A stretch of DNA of 32,963 nt, taken from NCBI RefSeq assembly GCF_001194135.2, contig NC_068988.1:66377232-66410194 (forward strand), given 5' to 3'. The position numbers and the translations under genes are program-made. Positions 24,076-32,963 of this stretch are shown here, one piece after another. This DNA comes from Octopus bimaculoides. Its lineage: Eukaryota. The first letter of the stretch is position 1; each line of letters begins with the position of its first letter. Under the pieces are notes generated by a model. It was not told where the DNA came from. It saw only the letters and a list, made by a program, of their open reading frames with translations, and ran no database searches.

Positions 24076-24445
24076 ACTCTTTTACTCTTTTACTTGTTTC
24101 AGTCATTTGACTGCGGCTATGCTGGAGCACCGCCTTTAGTCGAGCAAATCGACCCCAAGACTTATTCTTTATAAGCTTAGTACTTATTCTATCGGGTTCT
24201 TTTGCCGAACCGCTAAGTGACGGGGACATAAACACACCAGCATCGGTTGTCAATCAATGCCAGTGGGACAAACACAGACACACAAACACACACACATATA
24301 TACACATATATACGAAGGGTTTCTTTCAGTTTCCGTCTACTAAATCCACTCACAAGGCTTTGGTCGGCCCGAGGCTATAGTAGAAGACACTTGCCCAAGA
24401 TGCCACGCAGTGGGACTGAACCCGGAACCATGTGGTTGGTAGCCG
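24076..24445 (-). mobile_element. SINE B, well-preserved near full-length copy
   Basis: Head ACCAACCACATGGTTCCGGGTTCAGTCCC, internal TG/TA tract, and (TAAAAGAG)n tail. Confidence 0.9.
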
Positions 24446-24990
24446 TTTATTATTGCTGGGTTTGTTTTGGTCGTGTCTCTTGTCATTCACAGTATCTATG
24501 CAGGAAAAGTTTACTGTGTTGTAAAAGCGTTTATTATCTTTTGGGAATTCTGGCCGAGTGATTTTCTTTGGTAGGGTGGCATATTTCTAATCAAAAAATG
24601 TAGCTCGCTGGCATAATTGATTCTCTAAAACAGTTTGAGAATTTTGGATATTTCTAATCTCTGTATTCTTTAAACCTCTTCATGTATCGAGGAGTCTTCC
24701 TTAGACTTTCTGTAGAACTGTACTTGCTTCAATTCGAAAGTGCACTGGAATTTTTCTCGATAGTTCTGCGATCTGCGATAACTGTCTCCGGGCTCTTTCG
24801 TCACCATTGTGTATGTACAGTAATTTTCCACATGATATGTATTTCATTGTTTTATTACTGCTACGGATTTTTCAGAAATGGTTGTTTCTTTGCATTTACT
24901 CAAAGCAAATAACCATTTCTTTCACCGTGCTTGCATAAATTGCAAATATTTTTGGGGTTAGTATTCATTATCCGGGAGAATGAATAGTCC
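24446..24990 (-). mobile_element. Possible decayed N-terminal or linker portion of a non-LTR retrotransposon
   Basis: Interrupted Lys/Arg/Glu-rich frames (ALSKCKETTISEKSVAVIKQ; RARRQLSQIAELSRK) directly beside the R4 fragment. No diagnostic motif. Confidence 0.25.
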
Positions 24991-25027
24991 GCTATGCAAT
25001 CGTGTCTGTATTCGACTCCATGATGAA

Positions 25028-26100
25028 TATGTACGTATGTATTTATGTATGACATTGTTAATTTATTTCAAGATTTCTTGCCAATAGAGTAAGAGCCGGT
25101 TTCTAACCTAGATCCAAGGCTCTTTCATTGGAATTTCTACATCAACAACAGGGTATTTTTCTTTGTATATATGTGTGTATGTATGTATATATGCAGATTT
25201 TTATGTTTTGTTTTACGTATGTATCCTCATGCATATAGTTGCATATCTAGACATGCTCATATATATTTAAATGATAAACTTCTGGAAAGTTTAACAGATT
25301 TTTCCAATTCCAGTGATGGACTGGATCTGTAGTCTTCGAATTTGCTTTCTCCTTTCTGGTTTTGAGAGGCAAGCTGAATTTCTCAAGATTGCTATTTAGG
25401 CATGTGTTACATATTCCAGGGCCCCAATAATTACAGGTATAAACCTGAACTTGTAATTTGAATAGAGTAACTACAGATTTCTCAATAGTTCGGCGTAGAA
25501 ATTCTCTTTTTCATTGACCTTCAGCTTCAAGTTAACATATGCCGGGCAGCTAATTTCCACAACTGTACACAGTTTCTTTCCCATATCTCCAATCATTATA
25601 TCAGGTCTGTTGTGCTTACATTTTATTCAGATCTTCACTGGGACATTCCACCAGTACTACTTTTTATTATGAGTGGCTATGACTTTTACCATACTGTGGT
25701 TCCTTTTTCTATGTCCTTGAAGTTATCCTTCCGACAGATTTCATTATAGAGTGTCTTAGCTACAACATCATGTCTCATCGGTAGATAATACTATGATGAC
25801 ATTTTCGAACAACTGCGTATGATGTTAACTCCACAAAGTCTGCACCGGTTGTCACATTTTACTGCTTTTCCTGCATCTCTATCCCTTTGTGCATCAAGTA
25901 TTTGGTTGATATTAGCTGTTCCCGGATTGCAGTGGGTGTGTATGTATGATTATAATTATATCTTGATGTACATCAGAAGAAAAAATTCGCAATTTATTTA
26001 GTAGAGTTTATATGCCAGAAGCTGATGGGTTTCTGTTGCTGTTACTCAGTAGCTCACCATGTTTTTTTATTTCCAGTCAACAAAATATCATCCGTAATGT
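25028..26100 (-). mobile_element. Second, divergent R4-clade (RLE) retrotransposon 3' fragment
   Basis: Minus-strand translation KCDNRCRLCG...PMRHDVVAK...KHNRPDIM...TVVEISCP...FIPVIIGA; stop at 25269-25267; the 3' UTR ends in degenerate (CATA)n at about 25028-25050. Confidence 0.8.
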
Positions 26101-26231
26101 AGAGAGAAAAAGTGATTAGCATAATGGCTAATTCTGGCCAAGAAATTCAGGGACGTAATCCTGCGTAATGAAATTTAAAAAATTGATGAAGTAGGCGTGA
26201 ATCTAGTCTTTGATATTATGGCGGTAAGTAA

Positions 26232-26400
26232 GGCGGTAGAATAGTTAGCACGTTGAATAAAGCTCTTAGCATTATCATTACATTCTGAGTTCAAATTCCG
26301 CCGGGGTCGACATTGATTTTCATCCTTTCGGGGTGGAAAAAATAAGTAACAGTCAAGCGCTGGAGTCAATATGATCGACTAGCCATCCCCCGAAAATCCT
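26232..26400 (+). mobile_element. SINE A copy
   Basis: GGCGGTAGAATAGTTAGCAC head, GAGTTCAAATTCCGCC box B, and core. Confidence 0.85.
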
Positions 26401-26790
26401 CGCTAACAGTAGAACGTGATATTACAGCGATAAATCTGGACACTAAGTATTTGAGTATTCAATTTACTAGTTCTTCTTCGTTCAGAAGGCGTCCCTAAGA
26501 TTATAAAACCAGTCATTGTCTACACAAAGAACTATTTGATATTTACTGAATAAAGCTGATAATTTTGAATAATATTTTATAACTAATGTGTATTTTTTCC
26601 AAAGTAATCTAAAACAATTTTTGAAACTAACTTTTATGCTTCAGAAGTGAAAACATGTCAATTCCTTGTAATTGCAAGTGACAGATATAATGGATAACTT
26701 GGTCCAAATGAAGAATTGTAGTTAGCTGATATCCACTTAAAGGGAAATTTTGAAAGTAAAAGATTACATTTTATTTTCGTCGGCAAATAG

Positions 26791-26930
26791 ACGCAGGCAT
26801 GGCTGTGTGGTGAAAAAGCTCGCTTTACAACCGTATAGTTTCAGGTCTTGTGCCATTGTGCGGCACCATGGGCAATTGTCCGAATCGATCTATAGCTAGT
26901 GAGTGAATTTAGTAAACGGAAATTGTATGG
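26791..26930 (+). mobile_element. SINE B 5' half running into (TA)n and a gap
   Basis: GCAGGCATGGCTGTGTGGTGAAAAAGCTCGCT head. Confidence 0.7.
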
Positions 26931-26938
26931 ATAATTGT

Positions 26939-26944
<6 letters not shown>

Positions 26945-26990
<46 letters not shown>

Positions 26991-27522
26991 NNNNNNNNNN
27001 NNNNNNNNNNNNNNNNNNNNNNNNNNNNNNNNNNNNNNNNNNNNNNNNNNNNNNNNNNNNNNNNNNNNNNNNNNNNNNNNNNNNNNNNNNNNNNNNNNNN
27101 NNNNNNNNNNNNNNNNNNNNNNNNNNNNNNNNNNNNNNNNNNNNNNNNNNNNNNNNNNNNNNNNNNNNNNNNNNNNNNNNNNNNNNNNNNNNNNNNNNNN
27201 NNNNNNNNNNNNNNNNNNNNNNNNNNNNNNNNNNNNNNNNNNNNNNNNNNNNNNNNNNNNNNNNNNNNNNNNNNNNNNNNNNNNNNNNNNNNNNNNNNNN
27301 NNNNNNNNNNNNNNNNNNNNNNNNNNNNNNNNNNNNNNNNNNNNNNNNNNNNNNNNNNNNNNNNNNNNNNNNNNNNNNNNNNNNNNNNNNNNNNNNNNNN
27401 NNNNNNNNNNNNNNNNNNNNNNNNNNNNNNNNNNNNNNNNNNNNNNNNNNNNNNNNNNNNNNNNNNNNNNNNNNNNNNNNNNNNNNNNNNNNNNNNNNNN
27501 NNNNNNNNNNNNNNNNNNNNNN

Positions 27523-27599
<77 letters not shown>

Positions 27600-27625
27600 A
27601 TTTATGTATGTATGTATGTATGTAA
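26945..27625. repeat. Compound (TA)n/(TG)n/(TATG)n spanning the gap at 26991-27521
   Basis: Direct reading. Confidence 0.95.
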
Positions 27626-27774
27626 GCATGTATATATTGACGAGAAGAAAACATCTATTTAGTAATTCAGCCATCTAGAAACAGCAGTTTAATTTTTCTT
27701 CTATGACGCTTTGGATAATATAGATGTAGACAAACAATATTTAAAAGAAAACGCGATGGCCGCAGCAAACATAC

Positions 27775-27856
27775 CTTTGATCGTAAATCTGATCATGAAT
27801 GGCATGGAGTTAAACAAAACAACAATAGAAATAATAATTAGAAAACTGAATTTCAT
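27775..27856 (-). CDS. Candidate exon 1: MKFSFLIIISIVVLFNSMPFMIRFTIK, signal-peptide or anchor-like
   Basis: ATG at 27856, Lys plus a hydrophobic run, and a consensus donor AAG|GTATGT (phase 1). An out-of-frame ATG 7 nt upstream lowers confidence. Confidence 0.4.
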
Positions 27857-29179
27857 TATCCATTCCTTTCAAGAGTCTGACGATTCTCTTCTTCATGTTT
27901 CTAAAGGAGCTCCAATCAACGGTATTTGTACCATCACCAACAGCGCCAAGAATTGCTTCAATATTGTATGTATGACGCTAGATTTAGAATAACGACCACG
28001 ACATATTTTAATCAAACATATATTTTTATTTAAAAATCATTTATTTATTCTTCATTACAAAATCTATAGATTTGTTATTACTTATTTACAGTTTTTTGTT
28101 CGTCTCATGATTAAATATCTGTTCTCAGGTTTTATAATTTCTATAACCTTTTCATTCTATAAATAAATAAAATATGAGGAAGACTTGTATGACAAAGGCA
28201 TTTTTACAACATTGTTTCGTAAAAGTTCGCGGCGTAATTTTGCGGGCGTTGGTGGAATATATTGATCAATGTAATAAGAATCGCAGATACATTATTTCCA
28301 TTATGAAACGTACACGGGTTTTGAAGATTTATATATTTGAATTGTTTTTACGTGGGATTCTTTGACCAAATTTGACTATCTGTATAATTTCTTCAAATAT
28401 TTTGTCTGTTGCATATTAACAACGCTATTTATTTAGGTAGTAAGAAATATTTGACTTATTTAACTTAAAATAACAAAGGAAATGGTTCTCCTCCGGTTTC
28501 CACAACGTGTATTCTGTTGTTTGATCAACTGATTTATCTATTGATCGAATTTGTTGAGTGTTCTATAGAAATGTGTATCTTTAACGTAATTCTCAAGCAG
28601 AATCAGAGCGAGGCACAGTCAACCAAATAATAATATGGGCTTCATGGGTGGGGTTAATATACTGATCAATGGAAAATGGATCGGAGACACGTTATTATAA
28701 TTTCATGACGTACACCATTTCATGTTCCTTTTTTTTCTTTTGAATTTAAATATTTGAAATTTCCCACATTAGATTCTGTCAAGAACTGAATTCGACTGAT
28801 AAAACAACAAAGCACTTCGGACCACACCATATCAAGTCTGATTCTTTATAAGTTCCCACCACCTTCAGTTCCCTATTAAAACATTCTAAATACGACAGCA
28901 GCAAGAATAGCTCTTCACCACTAGACAGTTTATATAATGTTATTGTCATTTATTCGCGTGTCAACCATGACACAACAGAATTATAATCCAATGCGCTCCA
29001 ACTCTGATAATCCAATAACATGTTAAATTAGTACGTATATTGTCAAATGTGTCTACAATTTTCTAATACAGTAGAATGTAATTTGAGGAAAATCTAGTCA
29101 TTATTTCTAACAAACCAAAGTGACTGCGTAGAGGTTCACATGTTGACACATTCTTCACGAAATGCTTAACTACTCTCTT

Positions 29180-29345
29180 TCTCTCTCTACAGTTATTCTC
29201 CCATTGCTTCTGTCTCACCCTCTACAGCTACTCTCTCACCGTCCCTCTTAGCCCTCTCTCGACAGTTAACTTTTCACTGCCTTTCTCACCCGTCTGTCTA
29301 CAGTTACTCTTACATTGTCTCACTCATCTCTACAGTTACACTCCC
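29180..29345. repeat. Degenerate pyrimidine-rich minisatellite
   Basis: Five variants of CTCTACAGTTACTCT spaced about 30-38 bp apart. Confidence 0.65.
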
Positions 29346-29480
29346 ATCATCCCTTTCAGTCTCGTTTTCCCTCTCTTCTGGTACCTTTTCTTTTCGTTAC
29401 CCTTGCATTACAAATTTTATACCATGGCACAACCTAAAGCGTATTGAATTTAGGTGTATATAAAATGAACGCTAATTCTA

Positions 29481-29675
29481 CAGGGTGTCCACAAAGTCTG
29501 GGTACATGGGGATTAACATATACTTTAAGAAATTATTATTTCTAGTATTTAATTTTTTATGTTATGATTTTATTTACTCCATGTACCCACATGGGGATTA
29601 ACGCATACTTTAAGAAATTATTATTTCTTATATTTAATTGTTTATATTATGTACCCAGACTTTGTGGACACCCTG
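29481..29675. mobile_element. Tc1/mariner-type MITE
   Basis: Perfect 27-bp TIR CAGGGTGTCCACAAAGTCTGGGTACAT (29481-29507 and 29649-29675), flanked by TA on both sides. Confidence 0.92.
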
Positions 29676-30201
29676 TAGTATAGTGTGTGTGCATGCGTGT
29701 GTAGATGTTTAAGTTATATCACTTCTCTAGTGTAACACAGTTCCAGTATAACATAAAATATGTCAATGGAAACTTTGAAGTGTAATATATTCATATGATG
29801 CAGGAATCAGCTGTTTCAGTCAGTGAAATACTTTGCACTTAACGTAATTAAATACACTTTAGGCTTTTGTCAGAATGTTGATTGATTACCAAACACTATT
29901 CAATCAAGATATGATTTTAGATTAAACAAATGTACCAAAACCGATACATTCCATCCTCAAGTTATGTTGTAGTGTGATTGTTTGTTAGTCTTTTCACGAT
30001 ATGTTTTGTTATTGTTGTTATTTATTTACATGTCCATGTTCCATCTTCCTGAAACGTGCATTACTGAAATAGTGTATATCTAAGAAATTTCTCAGAAATA
30101 TACTGAACAACAGCAGCTACGACTATTTGAAGAAAAGAAAACAACCGTTTTACGTGAATCATTACATGTTGTCTTCTACAATTTTTATATTGTTTTTACA
30201 G

Positions 30202-30300
30202 TGTGGCTCTATGGGCAGCTCAATATCTGGAGATACAATTGCAGTACATCTAAGTGATATGGGAAGCAAGCAGATGTTTATTCGGACAGGATGTTATAAA
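30202..30300 (+). CDS. Isolated 99-bp exon candidate: CGSMGSSISGDTIAVHLSDMGSKQMFIRTGCYK
   Basis: Acceptor TTTTATATTGTTTTTACAG| and donor AAA|GTAAGC; only frame 0 is open. No partner exon was identified. Confidence 0.4.
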
Positions 30301-31052
30301 GTAAGCTAATGTTGCTTCATTATTTTATTATCTTAGATATAACTCCATCGAACGTTGCTCTCTCACTCCCCCCCTTTCCTCTCTCTCTCTCTCCGCTTAC
30401 ATATGATTCGTCACTTCTGTGTATGCTATTTCTTCCATCATTTAACATTATTACATGCCATATTCAGAATATAGAAATATTATTTACATGACATCATTCT
30501 TTCATGTAGTCATCCGAACATAATTTTGTTCATCTGAACAACATTCATTTATCTGAACATTTGTTTGTTCACTTGAACATACGTTAATTCATCTACACAA
30601 TTGTTGTTTCAAGGTAGAGCTGTGCCTATAATTTCTATCCCAGGAATACGTTGAAATACTCCGCATGTTCATAAGATGCTAAAATCAACAGATTGCTTTA
30701 TATTCCCAACAATTTCTAAATCCCTTTGGAGGTTTGGTATAAATGACCAATAACAATGTACATAATAGGGATCATGTCAAAGAGAAAGAGGCCTTTGCAT
30801 GGTCCTTTAACCAGCTAAGACTGCAGCGAAAAATACAGCCCTCATGACAGACTAAAGATAATAAATGAATAAAGTATAATGTAATATTTGCTAAACCTAG
30901 AGGCAAGGGACACAGTTTTAATGATTTTAGCCTTACGCTTTCACAATCATGACTGGCCTTCAACTAAATAATAATGTAAAATGAATAGGAAATAGAGGTC
31001 TTAGACTTTAAAGACAAGTGTTAGCAATAAATTTGATTAGTACTTCGTATAA

Positions 31053-31945
31053 GGTGACCTGGTAGAATCGTTACTGCGCCGGGAAAAAGTGCTTAGTTGC
31101 ATTTTGTCCCTCTTTATATTCTGAGTTCAAATTCCGTGGAAGTCGACTTTATTTTCATCATATCGGGACGATAAAATAAATACCAGTTGAGAACTGGGTT
31201 TGGTGTAATGGGCTCTTTGAAATTGCTGGCCTTGTGCCAATGTTTGAAATCATTATCATTAGTTCGTCTTAAGGCAGCGAGCTGGTAGCATTGTTACCAC
31301 GTCGGAAAAGTGCTAAGCAGTATTTCTTCCGGTCTCTCTCCGTTCTGAAGTCGGCATCACCTTATATGCCTTTAAGGACGATAAGTACCAGTTGATTCTG
31401 TGGTCGATATAATCGATTTCGCCTCCTCTCAAAATGGCTAGCCTTGTGAAAATAATTATCATTTCATCTAAATCGGTGAGCTGGTAGAATGGTTACCGCG
31501 TCTGGCAAAATGCTTGGCACAGCACTTATTCTGTCTTTATGATCTGATGTCAAATTCCGCCAAAGTAGACTTTGCCTTTCTTCCTTTCGAGGTTGATAAA
31601 ATAAGTACCAGTCAAGTACTAGGGTCAAGGTAATCGAATAGCTCCCTCAAAATTGCAGGCTTTGTCCCTATAATCGAAAGAATTATTATAAGTTCATGTC
31701 TTCTTATCAATTCCAACTAATATAACAGTAATTGTAAGGTGGTGAGCTGCCAGAAACGTTAGCACGCCGGGCAAAATTCTTACCGGTATTTCGTCTGTCT
31801 TTATGTTCCGAGTTCAAATTCCGCTGAGGTCGACTTTGCCTTTCATCGTGTCGAAGTCGATAAATTAAGTACCAGCTGCGTACTGGGGTCGATCTAACCG
31901 ACTGGCCCCCTCCCCCGCGTGCCTAGAATGGAAAAAGATATAACA
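31053..31945 (+). mobile_element. Array of four head-to-tail SINE A copies
   Basis: Starts at 31053, 31273, about 31472 and 31738; each is preceded by TAA, and the first three end in ATTAT-type tails. Confidence 0.9.
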
Positions 31946-32227
31946 TTAATTGTGGAAAACGTTGTTTTATGAAGTACATTTTTTTTCGTTCCGAGGGGAA
32001 CATTTTGACGTTTTCTATTCTAGTCATTGCTATAACCAGAACCAAATCTTCTGTTACTAAGCTGTCATTCCAAATCGAATTATCCTTAGAAACAGAAAAA
32101 TATTATTTCCTTTGCCAATCAAACTCTACGATATTTCTGTTTTCAATTACGCTTTTTTATCAAAATCGGAAAAATATTTTGTCATCAGTCTGTCCTAAAC
32201 AATAACATCTTTTTAAGACATTCTCAT

Positions 32228-32613
32228 GTTGTTGGCACTCCGTCGCTTACTACGTCGAGGGTTCCAGTTGATCCGATCAACGGAACAGCCTGCTCGTGAA
32301 ATTAACGTGCAAGTGGCTGAGCACTCCACTGACACGTGTACCCTTAACGTAGTTCTCGGGGATATTCAGTGTGACAAAGTGTGACAAGGCTGAGTCTTTG
32401 AATTACAGGTACAACAGAAGCAGGAAGTAAGAGTGAGAGAAAGCTGTGGTGAAAGAGTACAGCAGGGTTCCCCACCGTCCCCTGCCGGAGCCTCGTGGAG
32501 CTTTAAGTGTTTTTACTCAATAAACACTCACAACGCCCGGTCTAGGAATCGAAACCGCGATCCTATGACTGCGAATCCGCTGCCCTAACCACTGGGCCAT
32601 TGCGGCTCCACAT
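32228..32613 (-). mobile_element. Full-length tRNA-headed SINE (family E) with 11-bp target-site duplication
   Basis: Head TGGCCCAGTGG (box A) and GGTTTCGATTCC (box B); 3' end CAACAAC; GACATTCTCAT at 32217-32227 and 32614-32624. Confidence 0.92.
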
Positions 32614-32963
32614 GACATTCTCATAAGGCTGAGTTAATATACAATTTCTGTCATCCAGCGTCTATTGACCTTCCTATTTTCTCATTACATTTTCTGTTTT
32701 ATCTTTTGCTTATATAACAAATTGTAAACATCATACAACTTCTCCAAATGCACTTATTTGATTCAATTCATTCCAAAATAGAGACGTACTAGACACAAGT
32801 ACATAGCAAATATCAAAAACAAATTTTTTTTAGGATATATATGTATCCGTGCGATAGTATCTATCTATCTATCAATCGATCGATCAAACTATCTATCTCT
32901 TTGTCTATCTAAACCATCTCTCGCTTTCCCTCTCTCCATATATATACATACATATATATATAT

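Larger units (their letters stand above)
347..27856 (-). pseudogene. Candidate six-exon gene or recently disabled gene of unrecognised family; most repeats in the window would lie in its introns
   Basis: Six GT-AG bounded segments with compatible phases (->1, 1->0, 0->2, 2->0, 0->1, 1->stop). Exons 2-6 are 146-178 bp. Exon 5 has TAA at 3332-3330 and TGA at 3326-3324. Manual model only, with no transcript evidence. Confidence 0.45.

Noticed and set aside
27870-27960. DGTNTV..F..MK pattern resembling a vWA MIDAS start
   Set aside because: The DxSxS motif is not intact and the frame stops within about 20 codons.
31053-31945. CRISPR-like or satellite array
   Set aside because: Units are about 200-bp diverged SINE copies without unique spacers, in eukaryotic context.
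32540-32612. tRNA-like sequence
   Set aside because: It is the head of a TSD-bounded SINE; the anticodon arm pairs poorly, so no tRNA identity was assigned.

Overview
AT-rich, microsatellite-dense eukaryotic DNA with five assembly gaps. The repeat content looks like an Octopus genome (inference from remembered SINE families; no database search was run). There are no prokaryotic genes, rRNA, CRISPR arrays or credible tRNA genes. Most of the window is transposon-derived: several tRNA-headed SINE families (one repeatedly in head-to-tail arrays), two distinct R4/Dong-clade (RLE-type) non-LTR retrotransposon fragments, an RTE-clade LINE 3' end, Tc1/mariner-like and hAT-like MITEs, and a 250-bp palindrome. 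Manual splice-site reading on the minus strand gives a phase-consistent chain of six candidate exons (27856-27775, 22317-22172, 10469-10318, 6621-6474, 3395-3218, 495-347). The ORF track largely misses them. They would encode a roughly 200-280 aa protein of unrecognised family with a hydrophobic N-terminus. Two in-frame stops in exon 5 and possible homopolymer frameshifts suggest a truncated gene, a pseudogene or assembly errors. A separate 99-bp plus-strand exon candidate lies at 30202-30300.
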